Source of the DNA: Leucoraja ocellata | Lineage: Eukaryota | Direction: 5' to 3' | NCBI GenBank assembly: GCA_036785375.1 | Contig: JAWMAR010000043.1 | Location: 3,224,001 to 3,288,000 of the forward strand | DNA: 64,000 nucleotides | Part shown: in pieces, positions 47,926 through 61,563 of the stretch | How the letters are laid out: the number at the start of each line of letters is the position of its first letter | Numbering within the stretch: position 1 is the first letter of the stretch | Notes under the pieces: generated by a model | Told to the model about the DNA's origin: nothing | Seen by the model: the letters and a program-made list of their open reading frames with translations, nothing else | Database searches by the model: none | Program-made: the position numbers and the translations under genes

Positions 47926-49877
47926 GGTCTGGACTGAACCTGGATCTCTGGCACCGTCAGGCAACAGCTCTACCACTGTGCCACATATTAATGCTCCAAA
48001 AATGATCAATTTGCAGAACTTTATTCAAAAGAATGGGCATAAGCAAACTGCCTCAGGTTTAAGATCAACATTTGGATCTGAAGAGAATGTAGGGAGTTAC
48101 TTGCATTGCTTTTTGAAAAAGTTGGCACAAGTGCTGGGGATCAAGTCAATGCTCTTCAAAGCTGTCAAATCACCATGACCCGATAGCTTGCAACTGACGA
48201 CTGTTAAAGAAAAGATAACAGAAGCTCCAGCAATAAGTGTCTATTTTTTGAAAAATGTGCAAGACAGCATGGTATAAAATATAGCTTCTTTCAGGTGCCA
48301 ACATTGGATAAATCAGGAAGTTATAGTTTGTCGTATTTCAACCTTTATTATGCAATGAAATTATTAAATACTTCAAGAAACACGAATCCTCCCGAATTAA
48401 TCATCATGGTTGGTAAAAGACTGGTCAGTTTGTCCAAGAATAGTCAAAGCTTGTAGAAATAACAGGACAGCGAAAGGAAATGCAGAAGGTTTATGTAATA
48501 TTGATGTTTATAAGGATTCGAAAAGGTGCCAGTAGGAGTCATTGTAGTCAATTGTTGAGCCCGTATAATCGAGGTAGAGCAAAACACTGACGAGGTGCTA
48601 AGGTATCCAGGAATATATTTACACAAATAATTTGAAGTAGTAAAATGTGCCAAAGGTTTTTGCCCGAATAAAGAGACAGCCGAGGTCTAACAGTCTTTAA
48701 AGCTCTGCACAAATAAATATGTGAATCTATGCTGTGACATGATTACTTTTACATAATATTTGAAGTTATTTTCAAATTTCCAACTGTGCATTGAGTACAA
48801 AACAACCATGTATCCCTAAATTTGTAATATTTCAAAAGTATTTGTTCAGAGACTTCAGAATCCAAATATAGAAATGCCAAAGGCATTTTAACAATGGGCC
48901 CCACATGTCGTGTTTGAGATTAAGTTTCTTTGGTATAAGTTTTTTTAACGCGATTCCCATTGAAAAGAATCTCAGCATCTTGCACTTTTATTGAAAAATC
49001 AGTTTCCATTCATGTGCTCAGTCTACAAGTTTGCTAATAACATATTTTGCCCATCAGAATGAATGGTCACCCGTAAAGAGGCGTTGACTGCAAGTATTAA
49101 TATTGTGCTTATGTTTCCCAAGCCTTTGTGTAAATCATGAACAATAAACTCACCAGTAATCCACATGGAAAACTACTTTCTACCTTCCACCAAAAATAGG
49201 AGGGGGGGGGGGGGGGGGTAAACAAATTAAATTAATTGAGGAAAAAGATAGCAAAGGGGAAAAAAGAAAAAAAACAATTTAAAAATCTTTAAGACTTTCT
49301 CTACTTCCAGTTTTTCCCTAATTTAGTCAGAGAGGTGAACAGGCATTGCAGAAACATTATTGGTATATGTTCCAACTTTACTTTTGATAACTATTAAAGA
49401 GTTGAAGCAATTTCCTCACCTCTGGTGTGCCGACAGGTAATTGTCATTTTCAACAAGATTATGGTGCAACCATGCAAATTGACAAAACTTGCAATGATTA
49501 AAGCATGGAGTATGTCTTCGTCACCAAAAAATGTTGAATTATTTACATACCTGTATAACATGAGGATTAAAAACTTTTACACCAAACCAAAAACTACGTA
49601 TGATTTGACTAGTCAGTGGCACTTTGTAAGTTGAAAATTATCTTTTCTACCATTGGGAAGACACAGCAAGCTTAAGAATATCATAATGAAATTGGGTACA
49701 ATTTCTTTGTTCTGCAAAACAATTCATTCACATGTTTGTGATAATTAGTATAAATTGCTTTCTTCATTAACAATACATTACATCATTATTGTTAACAAAA
49801 TGAAATATTCATTCAGGATATTCTTGAAAAATTAAATAAAATTAATTAAAATTGGGTTTGCACTTGGAGATGAAACT

Positions 49878-50003
49878 CAGTAAGAAGGGTTTCGGCCCAA
49901 AACGTTGCCCATTTCCTTCGCTCCATAGATGCTGCTGCACCTGCTGAGTTTCTCCAACATTTTTGTGTACCTTCGATTTTCCAGCACCTGCAGTTCCTTC
50001 TTA
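49878..50003 (+). mobile_element. PLE terminal-repeat copy
   Basis: AAGAAGGGTTTCGGCCCAAAACGTTGCCCATTTCC...TGTGTACCTT is near-identical to 62158-62249. Confidence 0.85.
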
Positions 50004-50277
50004 AAAACTTGTAAAGACTATTTGTTAAATAAACTTCATGGCATATTATAATTCCCAAAAAGTGCTTGTACTTCAGGCTGAAAGAGTCCATCCTTTGGTT
50101 GAGTCTGTGACCCTAGTTCTACACACTTCAGTCAAGGGGAACATCCTCTTCCTAGTCAATTATTACATTATGATGACATGATCTCAGGTCAGAAGGGGAA
50201 TGTTTAAAGGAGGAGATGTGCTGGGCATGTTTTATTTTACACAGAACATGAAACATGGAAGATGCCGTTTGGCTAAA

Positions 50278-50545
50278 ATTTAGAACTGAGATGAGGAAAA
50301 ACTTTTTCACCCAGAGAGTTGATAATTTGTGGAAATCTCTGCCATGGAAGGCAGTGGATGCCAATTCACTGGATGTTTAAGAGAGAGTTAATTTAGCCCT
50401 TGGAGCTAAGGGAATCAAGGAATATGGGGAAAAAGCAGGAACGGGGTACTAATTTTGGATGATCAGCCATGATCCTATTGAATGGCGGTGTTGGCTCGAA
50501 TGGTCTACTACTGCACCCATTTTCTGTTTCGATGTTTCTATGTGG
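50278..50545 (+). mobile_element. CR1 3' end
   Basis: FRTEMRKNFFTQRVDNLWKSLP, UTR and tail. Confidence 0.88.
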
Positions 50546-52519
50546 GTTGAAGGACCTGTTCCTGTACCATACCAGTCTGTTTAACATGGGTAGTTGAATG
50601 GGTCATATGATTCTTACCAGTGCAGAGATAAGGTGCACAAGGAGGCAGGTGGTGGCTTCTTCTTGGCTGCCCATATCTCCACAAACCTTCTCTATCCATG
50701 TACCTGACCAATTGTCTTAAATGCTGTTGTTGACTCAACTACCTCCTCTGGAAGCTCGTTCCATACACCCACCACATGGGAAAGTTGCCCCTCAGGTCCA
50801 CACTAAATCTTGTCCCTCTCACCTAGAGTTATAGAGTCATGCAGTGACGAAACAGGCCTTTCGGCCCAACTTGCCCACACCAGCCAACATGTCCTACCTG
50901 CGGCCCATATTCCCTCTCAACCTGTCCTATCCATGTACCTGTCTGAATGTTTTTACTTAAACACGTGTCCTCTTGTTTTTGATTCCACAAGCTTGATAAC
51001 CACCATTCATGCCACTATCTGCTTTCATGCTATATGCAGATATTAAATCTGCCTTGTGTCTGCACATATTTTACAAGAAGTGATATCTGCCCTCATCTTT
51101 AATGGGACTTTGCCAATAATATGGTTGCAAAAACACTTTTGACCACCAGCTGGCAATGCAGAGCAAGAATTTGACATTTCTTTCAAAACCTTTAATTGCA
51201 GAGTGGGCCTGGTTGTGCTGAAACAAAGCTTCTTGTGTGCATGATTAGTCAGGCTCGCTTGTGTCGAATTAACTTTTAAAATATTTCTCCCAAGAAATTG
51301 CTGGAAGCAACATTGCAGCAAGATGACAGGGTTCCTGGAATTCTGATGAATTGGCCAATATAATTCCTTAATCAAAGAGAGCAAAGGATTAATAATAACA
51401 GCAAAATAAACATAAGGAAGAAAGAAAATAGTAGCTCAATTTAATGCTAAATCAAGTAGTGATAAAGAAATAAAGCAAGGAAAATTAAAAATATTAAAAT
51501 TAAAATGTGAGGTAAAAAACAAGACAAAAAGAACCAAAAATCAGAATTCTGAATTTGCTATTTTTTTATTTGTTTTTAAAGTTTCCATCAATGAATCATG
51601 ATTAGGCATGACTCCACTGTATTAATTGAGCATTACCTGGGCCAAAAAGGTTAATTCACAATGCAAAGTTATCTAGTTGTTAAAATAAGTGCCTTTATTC
51701 TTAATGTGTATTTCTGTGAAGACATCAAAATGAGTAAATGCTGCAACTTAATGTAAATCACAGCAAGTTGAGGTGGTGCAGGGAGAATTGGCCAGTGACT
51801 TGTGGTCCCTAGCCACAGGCATCCCTGCCAGGCTACAAACTGTTTTGCAAGCTAACAAAAGTTGCTCAGGCACAGCTAATTGTTTTTTATTTAACAAAAG
51901 ACCATATTTTCCCCAGAAATAATATTTTCCTCTACAGCAAATTGATTTTTAACTTTCAACTTTGTCTTCACCATTTGTTAATGCACATATTTTTCTTTGA
52001 TCTGCTTATCTCTTCAACCTCCACGCAATTAAGATAACTCCCTTTCCAGGCCTCCCATTTGGACTCGCTCTGCCTCTTCTCACATACCTAAATATTCTCC
52101 CTGCACATTCTTCATTTTCCAAGTTGATAAGTTTGACGGTTGATAATTGCCAAGGATCTCCCACGTGCTTGCTAAAAATTGTGTGAAGAATCCAATTATT
52201 GCCAGTACCACCCAAGAATCCAGGCTAATCTTTTTAATCTTAAAAAGTGCCCATCCAACATGGGAGGCTTTGCATGAAAAAGCTCAAGCACCTTCTTATG
52301 TTTCGTGGGCCTGGGATATTTTATTTCAGCATCACCCAGTAAATGGCCCATGATCAAGTTTCAAAAGAGATAGCTCTAGAGATAGTAGATGCTCTGGTTA
52401 TCATATTCTTGGGTCTGCAGCTTTGAGAATTAATCCTCGGGATTGGAGTGCAACATATGCACGACCCCACTAAAAAATGAGGTAGTATATAGACAGAATC
52501 CCCTCCTCCCTCCCCTCCC

Positions 52520-52810
52520 CCCTCCGGGTGGAAAAATGAAACCTGAGAGCAGAGCTTTAGGTGAGAGGGGAAAGTTTCAAGGGGATGTGTGGGACAAGTG
52601 CCTGGAACATGTTGCCAGGGGTGGTGGTTGTTGAGACAGATAGTATAGCAGAGTTTAATACCATTAGCTAGGTATGTGCATGTGCAGGGAGGAGAGATAT
52701 GGATCATGTGCAGTCAGAGGAGAATAGATTAACTTGACATCATGCTCAGCACATACATTGTGACAACAAGGAACTGTTCCTGTGCTGTATTACTCCATAT
52801 TTATGTCCAT
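52520..52810 (+). mobile_element. Old CR1 3' fragment
   Basis: GTGAGAGGGGAAAGTTTCAAGGGGATGTG...TGGAACATGTTGCCAGGGG and CR1-type UTR. Confidence 0.7.
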
Positions 52811-53568
52811 GTTAGTGCTAGTGGTGTAATAAAGTAACAAAAATAAAAAAATGTTTTTGAATGATCTCCACCCAAAATATCACCCATTCCTTCTCTCCTG
52901 AAATGCTGCCTGTCCCCCGAGTGACTCCAGCATTTTGTGTCTATCTCCCATCAAAAAATATAAGATGAAGTGGTATCTGCGATTTATGGTGCACGTGCAC
53001 ACACACGGATTAAGGATATTACGTTTTTTTTAAACTTTCAACATAAATAACAATAAAAATCAGGCCCAACATAAAATCTTTATTGAAAATTGGAAGACTA
53101 TTAATTGTAAAATCAAATTGGAAATGACAAATTTATATGTAAAAAATCTCCTTACTATTTTACTGAAGGATTCAATTCACTTAAAACAAATTATATTCCT
53201 AATTAATATGCATTCCACACTAATTTAATCCATCCATTGCTGTAAGTGGTTAAACCATTTTCAATTTTTTGTTAAGGTCGTTCAATATTTTGCTCCATTT
53301 CATACGGTTCAGAATGGAGACTTATACTGTAGACCATAACAGATGTTGCTCCAATGTGCTAATTAAAGTAAATTAAGTTAATTTATAAAACCAGTTTTAG
53401 AACAGGTCCTGAAATTCAAGCTGAAAATACACCCCTTTGAATCATATTTATTTTTTAATGCAATCTAGGAGATTTATAGTTTTCTTAGAGTAGACAAACG
53501 AGCCTTTCAGCCACCATGATTGTTGACCATTACATTTATATTAGTTCAATTTAGTTGCATTTGGCCAT

Positions 53569-54197
53569 AGCAAAAGGATTTGAGTATAGGAGCAGGGCGG
53601 TTCTACTGCAGTTGTCCAGGGTCTTGGTGAGACCACACCTGAAGTATTGCGTACAGTTTTGTTCTCCTAATCTGAGAAAATACATTCTTGCCATAGAGGG
53701 AGTACAGAGAAGGTTCACCAGACTGATTCCTGGGATGTCAGGACTTTCATATGAAGTAAGACTGGATAGACTCGGCTTGTACTCGCTAGAATTTAGAAGA
53801 TTGAGGGGGGGGATCTTATAGAAACTTACAAAATTCTTAAGGGGTTGTACAGGCTAGATGCAGGAAGATTGTTCCCGATGTTGGGGAAGCGCAGAACAAG
53901 GGGTCACAGTTTAAGGATAAGGGGGAAATCTTTTAGGACCGAGATGAGAAAAACATTTTTCACACAGAGAGTGGTGAATCTCTGGAACTCTCTGCCACAG
54001 AAGGTAGTTGATGCCAGTTCATTGGCTATATTTAAGAGGGAGTTAGATATGGCCCTTGTGGCTAAAGGGATCAGGGGGTATGGAGAGAAGGCAGGTACGG
54101 GATACTGAGTTGGATGATCAGCCATGATCATATTGAATGGCGGTGCAGGCTCGAAGGGCCGAATGGCCTACTCCTGCACCTAATTTCTATGTTTCTA
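53569..54197 (+). mobile_element. Young CR1 3' fragment ((TTCTATGT)n subfamily)
   Basis: Near-identical to 22498-23146, with a frameshift in the G-run at about 53805-53812. TGGCCAT duplicated at 53562-53568 and 54198-54204. Confidence 0.97.
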
Positions 54198-54748
54198 TGG
54201 CCATCCATGCCTCATGATACAAGCACTTTCCATATGCTTCTTAAATGCTGTGAATGTAGCTGCTTCTACAAGCTCACAGGCAAAGTATCCCAGATTCGAA
54301 CCAATCTCCGAAAGAATTCCTCATCAGATTCCCAATTTGGGTTTACATTGGACTAATCCCAGCTTTGCATGTATGTCCATCAAGTCTTATGCTTCATCTT
54401 AGGAATTGGAATCCAACAGTAAGGAGGAGGTCTTACAGAAAATGTCACTGTTGTGCACAATTCAACCATCATTGGTAAATTTGTGCAAAATGAGAGGTAG
54501 GTTAGGGTGGTTCTTGGGAAGGTGTACAAATGGGGGAGTGAATGGAGCGGGGTTAGCAGTAGAATGGTCCATGGGAATGCCAGGAAAAGGAGACTGTGGA
54601 AGTGTCAGAAGTGAAGGACATGTTTGAAGTAACATGCCATCAGACAACTGCCACCCTCCCCATCCAAAGCAGAGAGACCAGGGAGAAGCCTATTTGGTTT
54701 GCTAACATCCAGTGACTAGACCTTTCAGACCAAGTGGTACATGACGTG

Positions 54749-55012
54749 CATAGAAACATAGAAAATACGTGCAGGAGTAGGCCATTCAGCCTTTCGAACC
54801 AGCATTGCCATTCATATGATCACGGCTGATCATCCTAAATCAGTACCCCATTCCAGCTTTCTCCCCATATCCCTCGATTCCATTAGCCCCCAAGAGCTAT
54901 ATCTAACACTTGAAAACATCCAGTGATTTGGCCTCCACTGCCTTCTGAAGCAGAGAATTCCACAGATTCACAACTCACTGGGTGAAAAGGTTTTTCCTCA
55001 TCCCAGACGTAA
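54749..55012 (-). mobile_element. CR1 3' end
   Basis: Reverse-strand ORF end, UTR and tail. ATGACGTG duplicated at 54741-54748 and 55013-55020. Confidence 0.9.
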
Positions 55013-55784
55013 ATGACGTGTGGAGGGGCTGGGATCAGTGCGGGGAGGTGGGGGGGGGGGGGGGAACGAGAGTGAGACAGAGGACTGAGAGATGGAGGGG
55101 ACTTGGAGGGAGAAGAGGAATGGTGGAAAAGTAAGATGGGACAGCAGTAGGGAAAGAAAAGTGTGAGGAGATTGTTGTGGATGGAGGGCTGCAAAGAGAG
55201 TGGTGGGAGAGGGGAAGATGTGAAGGTCTGTGCGCAAGAAATGCAATTGGACCCTGGTGTTGATGACAATAAACTGATCTAATATCTAAAGTGCTGGAGT
55301 AATTTAGCAGGTCAAGCAGCATCTCTGGAGTTAATGGATCAATAACATTTCAGATATTCATGTCCTCCAGACATGTTGCCCGACTCCCCGATTCAATCCT
55401 GCACTTTGTGTTCTATGCAAAATTCCAGAATCTGTGGTTTCTTGTGTTTCTCATCTAATGTGATCTGTGGCAGGAAGAGTCGAACAGCACTGTTCTGCAA
55501 TACTCAATGGTGAAATAATGCTGGCAAAAGCCAGTCAGGCAATCCTGTGGGTTTTATGCCCTTGAGTTTGGGAGAGAAAAGGATTCATTTTGGCTTCTCT
55601 GAGAGACTGTCTCTCATTCTCTGGGGACAAGTAAAGATTTATATGCCATACAGCATAGTTATAAATACAGTATATATTATATTAGCTGCGTATGATTACA
55701 AGACTTTACTTAAAAACCAAAGAAACAGTATTCAAAAAAGCATCAATGGGAAATACAGAAACAGTGCATGGCAGTTTAGCTTCG

Positions 55785-56079
55785 ACTTCAGATACAGCAT
55801 GGAAACAGGCCCTTCAGCCCACCGAGTCCATGTTGACCAGCATTCCCCATACACTAACACTATCCCACACATTAGGGACCATTTACAATTTTTACAGAAA
55901 CCAAATTAACTTTGACCTGTAGATCTTTTGGAATGAGGAAGGAAACCGGAGCACCCGGAAAAAACCCATGCAGTCACGGGGAGAAAAAAATCAGTACAGA
56001 CAGCACCTGTAGCCAGGATAGAATACAGGTCTCTAGCCCAGCGAGGCATGAACTCTGCTGCTGCGCTACTCCGCTGCCA
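55785..56079 (-). mobile_element. HE1-type V-SINE
   Basis: V-domain CCGGGTGCTCCGGTTTCCTTCC, head and tail on the reverse strand. Confidence 0.85.
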
Positions 56080-56329
56080 TAAATCTTTACATTTTATGTT
56101 GTTCAGTCTAAACTTTCATAGTGTTATTAGTACACATTTGTAGTGTTAGTACTTTCTTTGTACAAGGTACCATTGGCACTGCTGTGGCCCCTTTAAGCTA
56201 CAAAATTGTAGCAGCAGTCTTTGCATTAGCTGCTCAGCTTCAGTTCAACCCTGACATGTACTCCTACAATGTGCCGGCATTTTATATCGTTCAAGAGATT
56301 ACTCTTGAGCGATATAAAATGGCCACTAC

Positions 56330-57680
56330 AGCATTTCCTTATGGACATCTTATTGGACTGGAAACGGACATGTTTCAGGCAAACCAAAGCTAGACTTTCA
56401 ATGAATTGATGATCTCCTTGCAGCACGATGTTTCATCTCTGGTTGGGTCCATGGGAACAGCCTACCGGTCATACAGCCCTTTGTTATGCACCAGCTCAGA
56501 ATGAACCTCAACATGGATCTTTGCATCTTGTAACATTCCTTCTTTGCAAGTACACAGAGGTGGTCAATAGCCATCTCCTCATTGCAATTGTCTGAGGGCA
56601 GCATGATTTGGGAATGAGACTCCAACAACACAGGAAGGATCTGACAGGGCAGGCCCCTCACTGCCTGCCAAGCAATATTTTGTTGCTTGCTGCAGAGTTC
56701 TGGCAATAAGGTAAAGGTTTCAACAATCTACTCAGGAACCCCCCCTCTGAGCAGAAACCCAGTCTACCCAGGCTAAATATTGCTGGCCACTGCCTGATGT
56801 ACTTGCTTTTTCCTAAACAAATGTTTCTGTGAAGGAAAGAGGGTGTGGCAATTTCCATACGAGCGGAACATTGGCCAACAATGGAGTCAGGCCTGGTTCT
56901 TGCAACATTAGGAACAAGCATGATTTCAGCAGGCACCATGACAGCTGGTGCCTTTGTATTTGGTTCCACATCTTGATGCAGCCACACAAAGGTGGTCACC
57001 AGGATGGCATGAAGGTAATGCTCTCTCCTCCTCCTCCCCCCTCCCCCCCCCCCCCCCCCTCCCCCTTCCCCTCCCCCTCCCCCACCCCCATTGTCTAGGG
57101 ACTTGTGCATTATGGCTCTGAAGAAAGGGAAACAGACTTAAGTGCCTGCGATGGCAGTGAGACGGGTATAACCCACAGCAACACAGAGCACCTCACATCC
57201 AACTCCCATTCATCGAGGGAGTGCAGTGCTCCCACAGTCTTAGTTCTCTTTTAAACTTTACCTTTCCACTTAAGTCACTTTGTTGCATGCCTCATCTCGT
57301 CCAAAACAGATCACCAATATCTTCTAATGGTCACATCCAATGGTGAAGGAGACAGTGTACTGGGCAGGCCAGTTGCCGAACTGTAAGACTTCACCCTTCC
57401 TAGTATTGATTTATTCTTGTCATGTGTGTCGAGATACAGTGAACCCTGCAGTTGACTCTGGCCCCCAACACCAGTTGAAGCAAGTCCTTTGTTAACCTGT
57501 GGCAGACTGATCTTGGACTGGAACAGTAGTCCATGTACAAGAAAAGCATCATTTTACTGCCTCCACTGTCTGACATGACCCCTCTTATGCCTACCCCGAT
57601 GGATTTGTTAAAGTAGTCATTGCTATGTGCAAACAAATCAAGGAAGCATTGGTAACCCTGCCTGCAAAAAGTGAAGTGGA
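56330..57680 (-). mobile_element. Decayed Tx1/L1-clade LINE ORF2 (RT to C-terminus)
   Basis: Colinear remnants RQG, GIRGV...LYMD (from YMDD), LGARVN, LRLWEH, MHKSLDNGG, PELCSKQQNIAW...LP, EEMAIDHL, RFILS, LFPWT...IINSLK. Confidence 0.78.
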
Positions 57681-58811
57681 TATGGTAGGGTGTGTTTGGA
57701 TTGGCAGACAAAGGAGAGATGAAACAGCAATAAAAAGGATGTCAGATGGGGATAAATGTAAAGCCAGGGAGGAATAGAGCGAGAAGGGGCAGGGAGGTGG
57801 AAAGGGGGGTGCGATAGTTGAAGAGATAGAAATAGCAGGAGGGCAAAGTTGCATTGTTACAACTTTGCAAACACTTAGTCCTAATGAATAGAATGTAGCT
57901 CTGCAGCCAAAGTGGTCACTAAATGCAAGGCCCTTTATAAATGCAAGAAGGGAACATCTTTGCCTACACAAGGTCTGGAACCACTTAGCTGCTACAATTA
58001 TTTTGGATCTTCCACAATTATAATTGTGCATTGTTTTAAACAGTGCATTTACTGTGGTGGCCAGGAAAGGAAGTAAATCATCCTCGATTTAGCTGGGAGC
58101 AAATTCAAGGTTACCTTCTTTACCACAAGGAACAAATAAGCAATATTTTTGCTGAGCAAGTTATACACTCAACAAACCCACATAACCAGAGTTGAACTTT
58201 TATTTGGAACTTAACCCCTGGGAGCATTTATCATTCAAAAATACAGCTGAAAACCATTCACATAACAATGCCAGGGAACATACATTTTTTGGAATGATAC
58301 AATCTCCCAGCCTCCCTTTATAATACACTTGCATTCCAATTTTATCTTCAAAAGAAAGATTTAGGGAAAAATATGACGTGAAGAGTTGCGTGAGAAAAGT
58401 CAGAATTAGGCAAGGGAGTAATCTACGTGGCAGATTTATTAAACATTATGTCTGGTCAACTATTTATCAGGATGGGAGCACTCAGCTAAATCCGAGCCTG
58501 CCATGTTAGGAGAGGTAATGACCCAATAGTTTTAGACAACAATGTAGAAACTGCACTCCCTCATCACATTTCATACAGGAGCCTTTATTTCACAGATTGC
58601 TGAAATGTCACATTACACTTCACTTCAGGAAAGAAGCTACAAAAAAAGGCTTGAATTTTCCAGGGAGCACAGGTCCACAGTTAAGTAAAGGCATTCCTTT
58701 CATCCACACGTTGCAGCACGTTGCACGAGGCAGGTTCCCAAAGTGGACTTGTTATCACCTACTCCAATGGACCATTGAAGGCTCCACCATTCTTTAATCT
58801 AATTTGACGAA

Positions 58812-59312
58812 GGCCATTCTTGCTATTGAGGGAGTGCAGCGTAGGTTTACAAGGTTAATTCCCGGGATGGCGGGACTGTCATATGCTGCGAGAATGGAGC
58901 AGCTGGGCTTGTACACTCTGGAGTTTAGAAGGATGAGAAGGTATCTCATTGAAACATAAAATTGTTAAGGGCTTGGACACGCTAGCAGGAAATATGTTCC
59001 CGATGTTGGGGGAGTCCAGAAGCAGGGGCCACAGTTTAAGAATAAGGAGTAAGCCATTTTGAACGTAGACGAGGAAACACTTTCTCACAGAGAGTAGCGA
59101 GTCTGGAATTCTCCGCCTCAGAGGGCGGTGGAGGCAGGTTGTCTGGATGCTTTCAAGAGAGAGCTAGATAGGGCTCTTAAAAATAGCGGAGTCAGGGGTT
59201 ATGGGGAGAAGGCAGGAATGTTTGGGGATGATCAGCCATGATCACATTGAATGGCGGTGCTGGCTCGAAGGGCTGAATGGCCTACTCCTGCACCTATTGT
59301 CTATTGTCTATT
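58812..59312 (+). mobile_element. CR1 3' fragment ((TATTGTC)n tail)
   Basis: ILAIEGVQRRFTRLIPGMAGLSYAARMEQLGLYTLEFRRMR..., UTR and tail. Same subfamily as the host copy at 5800-6390. Confidence 0.95.
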
Positions 59313-60299
59313 ATTGTTGCTTTTTGCATATCTTTTGTTCAATTTACCTTCTATATATCTCATTCCCCTTTCCCCCTGACTTAGTCTGAAGAAAGGTCTC
59401 GACCCTTCCTTTGCTCCAGAGATGCTGCCGGACCTGCCGAGTTGCTCCAACTATTTGTCTCTATCTTCCCAAATATTATGACAGGCATTACCCAACATTT
59501 TTTTGCAAAAGCAACCAGATGTTGGATCTCATGTGGAGCCCAGCCACACAGCACCAAGATCCAGCAACAGCCCTTCAGTTAAGGAGAGAAATCCACACAC
59601 ACAACCTGTGCTAGCTCAGACCCACTGGGTTCAGTGGAGGAAATGGCCTCGGGGGATAATGCAAGGTTTGGTGATCTTCAATATCTACAATCATTCAACT
59701 TTAATGTTTTGGAATGTTTTCATTTTTTTTAAATAATCTTTATTAATTTTTAAACACATCAAGGCCAGTGGTTTTGTCAGCTTTTAAGGAAAGTTCTAAA
59801 GCATTAACTGGAATGGAAAAGGGTCTGATATTTTTTCAACTGTCTTTGATAAGGTACCAGACTATACTTTGATTTACAAGGAACATATCAACCACTGTTA
59901 ATACTTGGAAAGACATTCAATGATGTTTGGCCAACACCAAGTGTTCCAAGCACAATAAAGACCGACACTGACTATCCTCCGCTGAATGTTTGCTCTGAAT
60001 GGGAATTCCGAGTCTCTCATGCTGCTGTTGCCTTAAACCTCCAGTATTTGCCACAGCCATTCCCCACTGAACTGCCAGAAAGTCTGAAATTACACATTTT
60101 ATGGAAGATTGTAATTATTTCTTCTCCCCCTCTCCATCAGAAATAGAGATGGATTATTTCCACAATGTGGGCCCTAAAGCAACAGATAATACCACCGTGG
60201 GGAAAACAGACTTGTCGGCAGACGGTAGAAGTTGGGCAGATGGGTAGGCAGCTCGACGTGGTCTAGATCTTCTCCAAGTATTCATGACATGTGGACTCA

Positions 60300-61100
60300 A
60301 GATTCTGAATACCATCCTAAAAGTTCCTTCCTACTATGTGATCATGTGCCAGAGATTCCCAGTAGTCAGTGAAGGGATTTGATCAAGGGGGCTTCTTGCA
60401 TACATGTGAAACTTTTCCAATTCACCTGGCACTGTCTTCCTGTGATCAAGTCTAGAATAGCATGTCAGAGTCATACATCATGGAAACAGGAGCTTTAGCA
60501 GCTTGCCCACACTAACCAACATGCTCCATCTACACTTTCCCCATCTACCTGCATTTGGTTCCCCAACTTCTCCATTCCATGTACCTGCCCGATTCAGAAG
60601 TCTGGCGTCAGGCAGGCAAATTATATGGCTTATTCAATGGAACTGGAGGGCAGACAGGGTCTCAATGGTGATGAGAGGGAAGATTGACGTTGATTTTCTC
60701 ATCATTCCAGGTAATTAGGAGGCTTTCTTACAGCAACATTGCATCTCATCTGCAGCAAAATTTCCGGTGGGTGTGGACCTAATCTTCAGAATGAGTGGAG
60801 AACTCTTCATCCCACAGTTACCATCGAACCAAGATCCAAACTCCAGCAATCAAGTCGATTTTGTCAATACGGCTTGCATCTGTCATTTGTAGCCGAAGAT
60901 CCAAGCCATCATCAACTTATGCACTGAAGTGTGCAAGAGACTTGTTAAGATCCTTTTTCTTGTAGATGACGTGATAGCCAATGTGTAGACAAGTCACAAC
61001 TGATGAACCATCTGCTCTGCTGCCTGCTCCCATCTCAATCCTTAGTGCTACTGATCTCCCTAATACAATGCATGTGTTGGCATAGGTTCAACGGGTGTTA
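60300..61100 (-). mobile_element. Very decayed RTE-clade LINE, with a short SINE/CR1-tail insertion at about 60465-60585
   Basis: Reverse strand QFH*ISHIICLPDARLL corresponds to the RTE motif QLRWxGHxxRMPDxRLP. Upstream ITWNDEKINV. Boundaries uncertain. Confidence 0.55.
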
Positions 61101-61563
61101 GGATACAGATCAATGATAATGATCCAACACAAAAAAACATTTATATGGACCTTCAACATGGTTTCCCTTCCTGCCTAGTATAACTTTGCTGCTCTGCAAC
61201 GATTATTAATACTACTTAATGACACTTGATTTTGTCAATACCCTATTCAATGGCCTCCTAATTTCTACAGGCAAACAGGTCAGAAATTCCACAATTTGAA
61301 GCAACTATCACTCAGAATAAATCCCATTAGATTTGCCGATGCAGAAAATGCAAGATGTAGCCTAGGTACACAGAAAACTGTTCCTCAACTTCAATCCACA
61401 GCCTGCTGACTGGTTCTTCTGTTCAGTAGTGGGCTCCACAGGAAATGCCAGACACTCAAACTGTTTACTGTAGCATTATAGGATTTAGATAACTGGCAAA
61501 AATCCAGCAAATAAATCTTACTTCTACTATTGTAATATGGAAAGCAGAGCAATATATAGTGAA

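Noticed and set aside
52374-52410. Isolated CR1 RT snippet (ALEIVDALVIIF)
   Set aside because: Real similarity but under 40 bp; too short to interpret beyond TE debris.
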